Source: Octopus sinensis (Eukaryota). From it: a stretch of DNA of 64,000 nt. The number at the start of each line of letters is the position of its first letter. The first letter of the stretch is position 1. The stretch covers positions 33,852,001 to 33,916,000 of the forward strand of contig NC_043000.1 in NCBI RefSeq assembly GCF_006345805.1. The letters run 5' to 3'. The notes beneath the pieces are model-generated. The model made no database searches and was not told where the DNA came from. It saw only the letters and a list, made by a program, of their open reading frames with translations. Positions 25,881-39,985 of this stretch are shown piece by piece. A program made the translations under genes and the position numbers.

Positions 25881-25974
25881 TTACATATAACATAATAACT
25901 ACAAGCACATTACATATAATATAATAACTACAAGCTCATTGCATATAAATATTCTTCTAAACTTTCATCAAGCG

Positions 25975-26280
25975 GTGAATTTCAATCTGTCAGCTAACTG
26001 AAATAGTCACGGATCGTGATTCGACGATTTCGCCTCACAGCTGCCCGCACATCTGCGATATTTTTCTCAGTTTTACAGGTTGCGGGTCTCCCAGAACGTT
26101 CGTCAATATCGACATTTTTTCAGCCATCTTGGAAACGTCTGAACCACTTGTACACTCGTTTGCGGCTCATGCACTCCTCTCCATACATTTGCTAACTGAA
26201 ATATTTGCAAAGAAGCAAAAGAGTACAGCCTACGCCTTACTGACGAGTTTAGGATTACACGAAACCTCAGATATTTTTCT
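25975..26280 (-). mobile_element. Mariner transposase N-terminal (HTH) fragment
   Basis: Reads VYGEECMSRKRVYKWFRRFQDG*KNVDIDERSGRPAT...VRRNRRITIR with a stop and a frameshift. Confidence 0.8.
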
Positions 26281-26282
26281 TC

Positions 26283-26470
26283 CTTCGTTTCTGTCATTAG
26301 ACTGCGGCCATGCTGGGGCACCACCTTGAAGAATTTTAGACGAATCAATCGATCCCAGTACTTATCCTTTACAGTCTAGCACTTATTTTATCGGTCTATT
26401 TTGCTTGACCGCTAAGTTACGAAGACGTAAACACGTACCAACGCTGGTTGTCAGGTTTTGGTGTGGTGAG
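26283..26470 (-). mobile_element. SINE family A tail fragment
   Basis: Contains gactgcggccatgctggggcacc...ccgctaagttac...ggttgtca. Confidence 0.75.
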
Positions 26471-26518
26471 AACACACACACATACACAACACACACCCAT
26501 ACGTATGCATATATATAC

Positions 26519-26549
<31 letters not shown>

Positions 26550-26681
26550 GAGACACAGAGAGAGAGAGAGACAGAGAGAAATAGATAGATAGATAGATGC
26601 ATACATATATATACATATTTGTATTTATGTCTGTGTATATATATATGCATATATATATATACGTACATGTATGTACATATA

Positions 26682-26984
26682 GTGAAGGCGCATGGCTCAG
26701 TGGTTAGAGCGTCGAGCTTACGATGGTGAGGTTGTGAGTTCGATTCCTGGACTGGGCTGTGCGTTGTGTTCTTGAGCAAGACACTTTATTTCACGTTGCT
26801 CCAGTTAACTCAGCTGTAGAAATGAGTTGCGACGTCACAGGTGCCAACCTTTCCCTCGGATAACAACAGTTGTGTGGAGAGGGGAGGCTGGTATGCACGG
26901 GCAAACAATCTTGCCCTGACTTGTACCTCGGAGGGTAACTTTCTAGGTGCAATCCCATGGTCATTCATGACCGTAGGGGGTCTC
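26682..26984 (+). mobile_element. tRNA-derived SINE family B
   Basis: A box TGGCTCAGTGG at 26693-26703, B box GAGTTCGATTCC at 26736-26747, then a non-tRNA body (cttgagcaagacacttta...cagctgtagaaatgag). Confidence 0.8.
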
Positions 26985-27070
26985 CTCCCCCTGTAGATAT
27001 ATGTATATATATATATTATATATATATTATATATATATATTATATATATATATATATCATATATATATAT

Positions 27071-27305
27071 GAAAACAAGTCCAGATAGAAAATGCTAAAA
27101 TAATTTTATAAAGAACATTTCAGTACCGGTTTCAGTCAGTCATTTGAAACTTTTTCAACTGTAACGATTAAATAATTAAATTTAGAAAAATTAAGAGAAT
27201 TTATTATTTAATCGTTACAGTTGAAAAGGTCTCATGACTCGGAACCGGTACTGAAATGCCCTTTATAAAATTATTTTAGCATTTTCTATCTTGACTTGTT
27301 TTTTT
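27071..27305. mobile_element. Imperfect palindrome of PLE-type terminal repeats; each arm carries a hammerhead motif
   Basis: Arms ~27071-27183 and ~27198-27305 are reverse complements. Confidence 0.75.
27118..27164 (-). ncRNA. Minimal hammerhead ribozyme motif, U3-A8 core
   Basis: UUACAG-UUGAAAA-AGUU..GACU-GAAAC-CG-GUA|CUGAAA; palindromic stem III ACCGGU. Confidence 0.6.
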
Positions 27306-27577
27306 CATTATATTCAACTCATGTGTTTCCTTTTTCATCCTCATATATATATATATATTATCTATTATATAATATATAACAGATCCATGTGTTTCATGTT
27401 GTGATTCTTCAAAGTGATTCTAAAGGAACGCTCGATGAAAACACCATTCATCGGTGTATTTATTGATGTGTCACATTCGCGAAATAAAACATTTCCACAA
27501 TATGGGGTTGTGTTTTTGTTGGTGTCACTCGAAAGTAACATTTGGCACTTTCTTTATTTATACTCACACACCACACA

Positions 27578-27622
<45 letters not shown>

Positions 27623-28492
27623 ATACATACATACAAACACACACACACACACACGTGTATATCAAGTTAGTCCTAAAAATTCCTGGATGAAATGAAAGAA
27701 CTTAGAAAGTTATAGCAAGATAGTAAGAGGGAGAAACAAGAAGCGTTGTTTCGTGAGAGAGAGAGTGGGTGGAGAGGAGAGAGATAGTGGGTGGAGAGGA
27801 GAGAGATAGTGGGTGGAGAGGAAAGAGAGGGAGAGAAGAAGGAGAGAAGAGGGAGAGAAAAAAGAAGTTTTAGAATGCCTGGCTTGATTTGTCTAAGTTC
27901 ACCTCATCCAATAATTTAATATGTTGTGCTTACATGTTTGTCAACAAACTGTCTGCGTTAAGGAAATTTTCCTTTGGCATCGGTGAATGTGGAGGAATTA
28001 GAGAAGATCTGGTTCGTTGAAACGACTCTTGTGAAAGATGGCATTTCATTAAGTTTCTGTCGCTAAAATATCAGGTGAAAAAGATTTTGGCAATCTTGAC
28101 GGCTTTGCAGGTTACTTTCTGTGAAACTAATGAACTGTTTTCTGGGTGTCGAGATACAAAACAGACGCAGGCAAGCAGAAACACGCACAAACACACACAG
28201 ACAAATACGTACTCACACATACTCACATGCAATTACTATGGATGATATACAGGTAAATATAGATAACATGCGGGGTTTTCATTCAACTGATGAGCTTTGC
28301 CGAATTGCGTTAAATACCAATCCAAAGGAAGGCCAGGAGCTCGTTTCAAATCCCAGTCGAATACCTCACATATTACATGGCAACTAATCGGAAGGAAAAC
28401 GAAAGCGTTGCAGAGAAAATCGTGATTACTTCTTGTGTACGAGAAAATTAAAAGAATTCTTCTACATTTGTACTTACTACAAAAACGAATAG

Positions 28493-28790
28493 GTGGTTTG
28501 ATCAATAAGTATCCGGACTGTTGCTATAGCAACAAAGCTAAAGCACGCAGAGTGAAGCCACATGACTCGGATTGACTTTAAAATCTGCTGTGCATGTCAA
28601 CTAAGTTTTAAATTTCTAGCTCACTTTCGCTGCTTACAGAAGTGCTTGGAAGGAACGTGTGTAGCGTGTGATCGACGTGTTGACCATGACAGAGAAAGTT
28701 GAGCAGAGAATCGGCATCAAATTTTGTCAAAAACTTGGCGATACCTGATCAGAAGCCTATGCAAAGCTTTCAAAAAGTTTTCATCGTTTT
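28493..28790 (+). mobile_element. Mariner 5' end fragment (TIR remnant + transposase start)
   Basis: gatcaataagtatccggact TIR-like start; ATG at 28686 gives MTEKVEQRIGIKFCQKLGDT*SEAYAKL. Confidence 0.75.
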
Positions 28791-28996
28791 CAACACAACC
28801 AAAGAGATCTTATGCAACTGAAACCCCGAGTGTCTTTTTGTTCAGCTGAAAACAGTTTTGGCACAAAACGAAGTCACATAACTTTTAATTGTAAATACGA
28901 CTTATTTACTAAAACAACTAATGCATTGATGTCCGTTACTTTATTTTTAGCAATTAATGATTTTCTAACTATTAATTTAATGCTTCTATAAAATTC

Positions 28997-29035
<39 letters not shown>

Positions 29036-29807
29036 TATATGTATGATTGAATATGCGTGATTGCACATCAGCTTGACGTATGAAAATGTGAACTTCTCAA
29101 TCCGTGGCTGTGTCGGAAATCTGTAACAGTAATACGTTGGGGTCTGAACTGTTTCTTCCTACATAAAGGTTTCGTGCCTTTGACGTTTGTTAGTTGAAGT
29201 AATCGATAAGGTGGAATTAAATTCAAGGCCAAAGCTGAATAGAGTTTTCCTAATGTGAACTGTACGAAGCCTTTACGTATGTGGAACTGTTGAGAGGATT
29301 AAGAGTTAATAGCCAAGGCAATACTGGAGCAGTGCCTGCAGAGTTAAATATGCAATTTATGTTCTTCTGACTCTGTATGTCTTATTGATTACCAATATTC
29401 GTGTCACTGCGTTGTTTTACAAATAGTTCTGGCAATCATTTTTGATTGATAGCTCTCACCTCATAACATGTCTCATAGGCACCACTCATTAAATGGCACT
29501 ACTAATTAGCCGGTGCGAACATTTGACCCCACTTGCCGTCAACGATTGTCATACAATGTTGTCTATTGAGATGTACGGCGCTTTTACAGATTCCGTTCAA
29601 TGTCATAACCAGCTCATTAACATAACCCTCATTAACATAATTCTCATTAGCATAGACCTCCTTAACCGGTGCCAGTCATTCACAAGCCTCAGCTATTGAC
29701 AACCTATCACCAGACAACCAACAACCCTCATCTTTCGAATATTTTCGGAAAAACTTCGACTGAAACATTTTAACTTGGAATTATTTCCATAATTTTTTTC
29801 TTCTGTA

Positions 29808-29963
29808 TTTTACTTGTTTCAGTCATGCTGGGGCATAGCCTTAAAGAAATTCTAGTCGAATGAATAGACCACCAGGGTTTATTCTGTTAAGCCTGGTGTG
29901 TATTCTATAGATGTTTTGCCGGACCGCTAAGGGGATATAAACACACCAACACCGGTTGTCAAG
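29808..29963 (-). mobile_element. SINE family A tail fragment (decayed)
   Basis: Contains ttacttgtttcagtcatgctggggca...ccgctaag...ccggttgtcaagc. Confidence 0.65.
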
Positions 29964-30184
29964 CTGGCAGAAACGTTAGCACGCCGGGCGAAATGCGTAG
30001 CCGTATTTCGTCTGCCGTTACGTTCTGAGTTCAAATTCCGCCGAGGTCGACTTTGCCTTTTATCCTTTCGGGGTCGATAAATTAAGTACCAGTTACGCAC
30101 TGGGGTCGATATAATCGACTTAATCCGTTTGTCTTTCCTTGTTTGTCTCCTCTGTGTTTAGCCCCTTGTGGGTAACAAAGAAAT
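29964..30184 (+). mobile_element. tRNA-derived SINE family C (Deu/Nin-like core)
   Basis: B box GAGTTCAAATTCC; core gtcgactttgcctttcatcctttcggggtcgataaattaagtacc-type; co-linear with 47977-48161 and 57171-57404. Confidence 0.85.
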
Positions 30185-30372
30185 ATATAAATATATATAT
30201 ATATATATAATAGTTATCGCCATACTAATATGGCATTCTAATAAAAATAAGAATAAAGCTGTCCGCTTAAGCTCCATGAGGCAATCGCCTTAAGTTAGCT
30301 ATTTGATACAAAAACTGTATCCATATAACCTTCGAACAAGGGAGGTCAGTAGCTCCACACTACTTGACGGCA

Positions 30373-30412
30373 GCTACAGACGCGTTTCGGGTATTGCCCT
30401 TTTCAATGCAGC
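30373..30412 (-). ncRNA. Minimal type I hammerhead ribozyme motif, U3-A8 core
   Basis: GCUGCA-UUGAAAA-GGG.CAAUA.CCC-GAAAC-GC-GUC|UGUAGC. Confidence 0.75.
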
Positions 30413-30600
30413 GTAGCCAGACCAGTATTAGTATGGCGATAACTATTATTTTTCTGGAAACGCTGCCGTTGTTCTCTTTAGAGAGACTAGTAATTTTAAT
30501 ATTTCTATTATTGAAAACAAGTGGATGTATTCCACCGAAGCTAGGTAAATAAAACCTTCGAACAGAGATTGTCAGAAGCGACACCTACTGGTCTGGCTAC

Positions 30601-30642
30601 GCTGCATTGAAAAGGGGCAATACTCCGAAACGCGTCTGTAGC
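30601..30642 (+). ncRNA. Minimal type I hammerhead ribozyme motif, U3-A8 core
   Basis: GCUGCA-UUGAAAA-GGGG.CAAUA.CUCC-GAAAC-GC-GUC|UGUAGC; predicted cleavage after 30636. Confidence 0.78.
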
Positions 30643-31297
30643 TGCCGGTCAAGTAGTGTGGAGCGACTGACCTCCCTTGTTCGAAGGTTATATGGATACA
30701 GTTTGTGTATCAAATAGCTAACTTAAGGCGATGGCCTCATGGAGCTAATAAGCGGACAGCTTTATTCTTATTTTCCGGAAACGCTGCCGTTGTTCTCTTT
30801 TAGAGAGACTTAGTAATTTTAATATTTCTATTATATATATATACTTATATATAAATACACACATACATATATATATATAAACATATATATATAAATACAA
30901 ACATATATATATATATTCACACATATATGTAAATACATACATACATTCATACATATATATATATATAATATATATATATCCAGGGATCAAGGTGTAGGAA
31001 GGGAGTTAACTTCGAGCAATCCATGGTAAATATAAAAAGACAACTTTCAGGAACAATAGAGATTTATTGAGACGGAAGGGTTGTGGATTTTTTTCTCCAC
31101 ACATTCTGATTGAAACCTCTCTGCGTCAACATGTTCCTCCTTCCGACTTCGTAGCCTTTAATCTAATCAAGATGACCTTGGCCTGAAGATTAGCCTGCGG
31201 TATACACCTCACTTGAAGTTTACCACTTCTGTGGTTCCACTCGCTATAAAACGTATGTAGCACGGAATTCCCATACTTCATTCTGTAACTCATGTTA

Positions 31298-31430
31298 CCA
31301 AATCCACCCACAAGGCCTTGGTCGGCCTGGAGTTGTAGAAGAAGACACTTGCCCAATGTGCCGTGCTGTGGAACTGAACCTGGAACCACGTGGATGGGAA
31401 ACCAGCTTCATACCACACAGTCACACCTGT
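31298..31430 (-). mobile_element. SINE family A head fragment
   Basis: Contains aaatccacccacaaggcc...gaagacacttgccca...gaactgaacctggaacc. Confidence 0.7.
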
Positions 31431-31589
31431 AGATAGGTCTGTAAATATATTTTAAAATGGAAAACGACTTTAGAAAAAGCAACACGTGAAAGAAAGGTAG
31501 TCACCTCCCGACATCACGAAGGAGACAACCACCACCACGAATACCTCCGCCACCACCACCACCACCAGAACCAAGGACAGCAACGACAG

Positions 31590-31870
31590 TGGAGGCGCAA
31601 TGGCCTACTGGTTAGGGAAGCGGATTCGCGGTCGGAGGATCACGGCTTCGATTTCCAGTCCGGGCGTTATGTGTGTTTATTGAGCGAAAACACCTAAAGC
31701 TCCACGAGGCTCCGGCAGGAGGTAGTGGCGACCCCTGTTGTACTCTTCCGCTCCAACTTTCTCTCACTCTTTCTTCCTGTTTCTTGTCCCCGACTTCCTG
31801 TGCAACCGCTGAGCCTGGATGCGCATTCATTCATCCGTCGATGCTCTCGGTGTCGGTGGTTGATCTGCTT
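31590..31870 (+). mobile_element. tRNA-derived SINE family D, tail type 1
   Basis: Head ggcgcaatggcctactggttaggg...ttcgatttccagtccgggcg is shared with 38355-38668. Confidence 0.8.
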
Positions 31871-32464
31871 TCTCTTCTGCGGGTCTTACGAATAGCAAAG
31901 GTCCACGTTTCGAACTTCTCCCATCTTCCGAGCTCTGGGACGAAGACCGTTCGCTCAACAGCAACAATGATAACACAAAAACAATAATGCCAAAAACTTC
32001 AATGACAAAAGCATCAAGAGAAGCCATAAGACAAATTGAAGGCATCGGTTTAGCCTCGTTACTAAATATATAAGTGACAGTAGGTGGTTGTTCAACTTTG
32101 CTTGAAATAGCAGCCAAATGTCACTTTCGGTAATAGTGCTCACGCTACATTATGCTTGAAAATAAGAGTCGAGATATCCATGGCTGGATTGTCTGCAAGA
32201 AAAGAGTCGATTTACAACTGCAAGCCAAGCAAAACCTGTAAGCGGTCACACTATCTGTTAGACAGAGCAGTCAAAGCACACGATACTCGCTTAAAATAAC
32301 CATAAAATGCAGGCAACGTTAGACGGTGTACTCCTCGATATACTGTGTAAGACAGTGACAGATGGGATGGTCATGTCTGGAAAAACTATGACGATAGGTT
32401 GGCTGGGTATGAAGGAACTTAGGATTTCACAACAGCAACTACAAGCAGAAAAATTCCAACAACG

Positions 32465-34240
<1,776 letters not shown>

Positions 34241-34744
34241 GACATATGTTCTGACGATGAAGTTCTGTTCATTCATATGTTGCTTGTGTGACTGTGTTGG
34301 GAGAGAGAAAGAAATAAAGAATGAAAGAAAAAAGAAAGAGCAAAAGAGAAAGAGAGAGAAGGGGGAGGGAGAGTGTATGAGAAATACGAGATGGTAGCAG
34401 TGAAAGAGGCAGTGGGAGGGAAGGTGTTTATTCATATAATGGCACGCGTTGGAATAAATTTACCTTGTGAACAACCATGATTGTAGGTTAGCTATGATAA
34501 GCAGGGAAGGTGGAACGAGTAATGAGAGTGGGAGAGGGAGAGGAGACAATGATGACGGTGAGAAAAAGGAAGAGAATTAGAAGAAGAAGAAGAAGAAGAA
34601 GAAGAAGAAGAAGAAGAAGAAGAAGAAGAAGAAGAGGTTGTGACATGAATGTAGATAATGTAGTAGTCTAGTAATTTTCTGGGAAGGATCCGAGAAGGTG
34701 TTGGTCGATCCTTATGGAGTGTCTACCATGATATGCCAGATAGA

Positions 34745-36060
34745 TGTTGTTGCATGATATCCTGAAAGTCATTTGCGGGCCACGAGTTTCCGGAACATCA
34801 CCATTACTCAGTGCTGACAGGACCGCTCTCCTCACTGACAAAAGCGCAATCCTGGACAGGTGCGCAGAGCATTTCAAAAACGTCCTGAACAGATCCTCTA
34901 TCAACGCCCGTATGATCCAAATTGATATCAACGCTTCTCTGGCCGAACCCCCAATGGAAGCAGAGGCCCAGAAAGCAAATTATGTTTGTCTCAAATGGCA
35001 AGACACTAGGCTCTGACTCCATCCCAGCTGAAATATACAAGGCATGGGGACCTGTCTTGGTACAGAAGCTCGCTGCTCTTTCTCAGACCAAGTGGCAACA
35101 AGATGCTGCTTCTCTCGAAATGAAAGATGCTTCTATTGTCTATTTCTTCATGAGAAAGAGAAATAGAGTCCTGTGACAATTATCGAGGAATTTTTCTCTT
35201 TGCCATCGCTGGCAAGAGTCCTCATGAACCGACCAACTCAAGAAGACGAGCTTCTGCCAGAGAGACAGTGTGACTTCAGTAAGAGCCATATGATCTTTGC
35301 TGCACACCAACTTCAGGAAAAGTTGCCAGGAACAGATCAGGGACCTATATAAGGTGTTTGCTGACCTAACTAAGACATTTGACATCGTCAGTCGTGAAGG
35401 GCTTTAGAAGATCATGGGAAAGTTCGGCTTTCCGAACGAATTCATCAGCATGGTTTGATAGTTTCACAGCTGCATGCTCGCTCGAGTACTGGACAGTGGA
35501 GACTCTTCTGATGCATTCCCAGTCACTAACGGAGTTAAGCAGAGCTGTGTACTCTCATCAACGTTGTTCAGCATGATGTCCTCAACCATGTTGTCGAATG
35601 CCTTCTGCAACAACGAAGAAAGCAGTATTAAGCCAGATTCAGGATTATGGCAGCCTCTTCAATCTTCGAAGGTAACAATACAAGACCAAGTTGGAAGAGG
35701 ACCCACTGTGCCACTTCCTGCTCGCGCACTCAACGCTGGCGCCACAGATGCCCAGATGCAGCAGAATATGAACGGCTTTCCCACTGCCTGCAACAATTCT
35801 GGCCTCGAAATCAGTGCTCAGAAGACAAAGGTCATGTACAAACCTATTCTGCAGAAGCTGTATATGGTTCCAGCTATCAGTATCGAAAGGGAAACTCTGA
35901 AAGTTGTTGGTAAGTTCACGTACTTCGGCAGCACATTCTCCACATTTGTGAACATTGTCGACGAGGTCGACATATGCATTGCCAAGAGATGCTCAGCATT
36001 CGGGCCGCTACGTGAATCAGTGTGGGAGATGAGATCATTGAACGTCTATCACCAGGACTG
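34745..36060 (+). mobile_element. RTE (BovB-like) LINE RT region, decayed
   Basis: Reads LLTDKSAILDRCAEHF...GSDSIPAEIYK...CDNYRGI...VFADLTKTFDIVSREGL...FPVTNGVKQSCVLSSTLF...FTYFGS...IAKRCSAFG with frameshifts and stops. Confidence 0.92.
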
Positions 36061-36691
36061 GTTTGGTAGCTGAATAACAGACATTGTTGGACGGTGCACA
36101 CAAAAGTTCACTGACTTCATAAGCCAATAACTGATTATAAATGAACTTAGAAAAAGTCAATTTTGAGGCAACAGAATTTACTCCAGCAGGAGTCACAACT
36201 TTAGCAGATTTCCATTCTTGAAACTATTACCTGATGCTGATGAAATTTCTCTCCTGATTCATCAGGACAAACCGAATATGCGTGTGGTGTGTGTGTGTGT
36301 GTGTATAACTACTTGGACTTTGAGTATATGTCTATTAGTATATCTATTAAAGCGTACTCACCTTCAGGGATACCTGATATCATGCACAATTACGATATAA
36401 TTTTCTCTGGATCCACGTCAGGAAATCCGCAGTGTTGATGAAGGAAACGGAAGGTAGATTTAGTACGAATCTTTATTCAACACGACGATCGTTTCGACCC
36501 ATCCTGCATATCTCTGTCCCATACGGGTAGGATATTGTGCATCTTGTGTTGCATCAATCATTTCAGGTTGTGTCACTTCAGGTGCATGGTGCAGGAAAAC
36601 ATATCCCACTAGATATACTGAGATCCCCTTGGCATGTTGTTTTGGTGAGTTGTACATTGGTACATTGACAGAACGAAGGATAAGTTTTGGG

Positions 36692-36884
36692 ATTGACTGC
36701 GGCCATGCTGGAGCACCGTCTTAAAGGGTTTTAGTCAAAGAAATATCGACCTCAGGATTTATTCTTTGTAAGCCTAGTACCTATTCTATCGGTCACTTTT
36801 GCCGAATCGCTAAGTTACGGGGACGTGAACATACCAACATGGATTGTCAAGCGATGGCGTAGGTACAAACACAGATACACACAA

Positions 36885-36953
<69 letters not shown>

Positions 36954-37129
36954 AATGTATGTATAAATACGACGGGTTTCTTCCAGTTTCCGTCTATCAA
37001 AAACACTCATAAGGCTTAGTCGATCCGAAGCTATAGTAGAAGACACTTGCCCAAGGTGCCATACAGTGGGACTGAACCTGGAACCATGTGGTTAGGAAGT
37101 AAGCTTCTTACCTCACTGCTACACCTGCA
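36692..37129 (-). mobile_element. SINE family A, near full length
   Basis: Head, internal (TA)n(TG)n and tail co-linear with 62523-62980. Confidence 0.88.
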
Positions 37130-37607
37130 TCTATCCACTCAGTCACACGGACGGAAATCAAAAGGCTTTATTAATAAAATCGCAGCCTTTGTTTCTGCAT
37201 CTCACACTTTTATTAGTTTTGACTTTTTCATATTCATAAGATATGATTTAAGGTTATTCTTAACATCTAAGAATCTGAAGTTTTTGATCTCCAATACTGT
37301 GTGGGTGCTTCCTCAGGTGCTACATTTACGCCAGTGCGCAAGAGCGGCAAAAAACATGAATGTGGAACCTGAAGGAGCATCCACATTTTAATGGAGAGCA
37401 AGCACTTCAGATTCATAGATGTTAAAAATAATCTTAAATTATATTATATGAATATGAAAAATTCATAACTCATGAAAGTGTGAGGTGAAGAAACATATGC
37501 TGTGATGCATATAACAGCATATGTTTCTGCATCAATCAATCAATCAATCTATATATCTATCTATCATCTATCTATCTACATCTATCTATCTATCTATCTA
37601 TCTATCT

Positions 37608-37638
<31 letters not shown>

Positions 37639-37809
37639 CTCTATCTCTCGCTATCTATCTATATATAATTATCTATCTATATCTCTCTCTATCTCTCTCT
37701 TCTATAATATATATATATAAATATATATACTCGATCGAGATATTGGATATATATAGATATATATATATATATATATATATATACTATATATATATAGGGT
37801 GGGGGGAGA

Positions 37810-37960
37810 ATTCCCGAAAAAAAGCAAAAGACGAAGACAGGTGGTGTAGAAAACAAACAGATGTATTAGTATAACGCTCAGGAATGGAAAAAGTATTTTA
37901 CGTTTCGAGCCTACGCTCTTCCACAGAAACAACACAGAAAGAAACAAGGGGAGAAAATAA
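37810..37960 (-). mobile_element. PLE-type terminal repeat fragment with small hammerhead variant
   Basis: Minus strand GUUU-CUGUGGA-A-GAGC.GUAG.GCUC-GAAAC-GUA-AAAU; same family as 20245-20402. Confidence 0.65.
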
Positions 37961-37979
37961 TGTGTGTAGTGGCTAAGAC

Positions 37980-38250
37980 CCAAAAGGCAGGAAAGGCTAT
38001 GTCAGTTCTACGGAAAGACCGCCGTTAAGCTTCCGATTCAATAATAGCATGAGTGAGGAGTCTAAGGCAGGTCGTGAGTGAGCGTCTTCTAATTCCTTCG
38101 ATTGAAGCTCTGATGATGGGATATCGTCTCTGATGATGGAATATCGTTTATTTCCCCGAAACAGCTGTAAGAACACCTTTCTATTTATAAATGTCCTAAG
38201 AATACCAAATTGCCTTGGCCTTGCTTTCTCATTCTATTTAACACACACAC
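37980..38250 (+). mobile_element. PLE-type terminal fragment with hammerhead motif
   Basis: CUGAUGA at 38110 and 38130; GAAAC-AGCU-GUA at 38158-38169. Confidence 0.55.
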
Positions 38251-38354
38251 ACACATATATATTTATGAGTCGGGATGCGTGCCATTATATATATATATAT
38301 ATAAAATATGTGTTAATATATATATATATATAATATAATATATATATATTATAT

Positions 38355-38668
38355 CTCACGTGACACGTGACCGACCAGACCATCAGATGTTGTTACACAT
38401 CGCTGGTCCACAATGCGTTTGCATTGTTTTAGCCTTCGAATGACGCCACCCCGCTGGCTAAGCGAGTAGGCCAACAGAAAGAAAGAGTGGGAGAAAGATG
38501 GTGGTGTGAAAGAGTACAGTAGGGTTCGTCACCACCCACTGCCGGAGGCTCGTGGAGCTTTTAGGTTGTTTTCGCTCAATAAACACTTAAACGCCCGGTC
38601 TGGGAATCGAAACCGCGATCCTACGACCGCGAGTCCGCTGCCCTAACCACTGGGCCATTGCGCCTCCA
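38355..38668 (-). mobile_element. tRNA-derived SINE family D, tail type 2
   Basis: Head GGCGCAATGGCCCAGTGGTTAGGGCAGCGGACTCGCGGTCGTAGGATCGCGGTTTCGATTCCCAGACC; tail differs from 31590-31870. Confidence 0.85.
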
Positions 38669-38685
38669 CACACACATATATATAC

Positions 38686-38718
<33 letters not shown>

Positions 38719-38859
38719 ACATTAAGAGTATTTTCTACAGTATTAAGAGTATTTTAATTCTTATTTCTAGCAATGTGGGTGGTGTCGGTACCATTAGTCA
38801 CACTTAGTAACGTTTGAACTTTTCCTTTGTGACATCACATTGCGCTTGGCTATTTATAT

Positions 38860-38897
<38 letters not shown>

Positions 38898-38924
38898 TAT
38901 ATATATACATACATACAGGCAGGC

Positions 38925-38973
<49 letters not shown>

Positions 38974-39645
38974 GTAGATAAATAGTAAATAGATACATAC
39001 ATACATACATACATACATACATACATACATACATACATACATACATACAGAGACAGATACATAGATAGAAGAATGAATAGAATGAGAATGAAGGAGATAG
39101 GTTCAGTTACAGAGAAGTTGTTTAATAAATATGCTTACACGTAAAAATCAATAAACAGATCAATAAATTCAAATCGAACACCAATATAGTGTATGTTAAA
39201 CAATAGACAGCCATTAACATGTAAGTGTTCGGGGCGGAAGTTGAAATTTCTTTAGCCTTCATCAAATAACAAACTTTGATCACAGAACAAACAATATTTT
39301 AATGGTTTTCGATTTCGCTGGCAGAAATCTAATAACTCAACACACTGCATTTATACGCATGTATGTAGATGGAAACGTATACATACGTGTGTATATGTAT
39401 GCCATATGCGCGCGTGTGGATGCATCTTTGTGTGTGCCTATATGCGTGTGATGATATATGTATATGTATTTATTTGAATGACTATGAGAATTAATGCAGA
39501 TATATATATGTGAATATATATATATACATACATATATACATATATGTATATATACACACATACACATATATGTATATATATACATATATACCCCATATGT
39601 GTATATATATACATATATATAAATATCTACATATATATACATACA

Positions 39646-39687
<42 letters not shown>

Positions 39688-39908
39688 ATATATATATATG
39701 TATATATATATATGCAAGTATGCATATGATTATGTAGAGTATGTAAGCATATATAGATATATGTATATAAACATAGAAGCAAATATACTGTGTGAGTGTG
39801 TGTATATATATTCAAAATATATATACATTTTTATATAACATATATATTTATATATATATATTCGTATACCTATATTCGTGCACACACACACACACACACA
39901 CACATGTA

Positions 39909-39985
<77 letters not shown>

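Larger units (their letters stand above)
30209..30832. mobile_element. Rearranged PLE terminal-repeat cluster (inverted and direct repeats)
   Basis: 30245-30426 is inverted relative to 30586-30775; 30449-30510 repeats directly at 30771-30832; 30209-30230 is inverted relative to 30426-30447. Confidence 0.8.

Noticed and set aside
26686-26760. tRNA gene (also the heads at 31590 and 38668)
   Set aside because: A and B boxes are present but continue into SINE bodies, and I found no complete cloverleaf acceptor stem.
36470-36570. Hammerhead on the minus strand (GAAAC-GAUC-GUC)
   Set aside because: The 3' half is present but the CUGANGA half is eroded; at most a dead PLE remnant.
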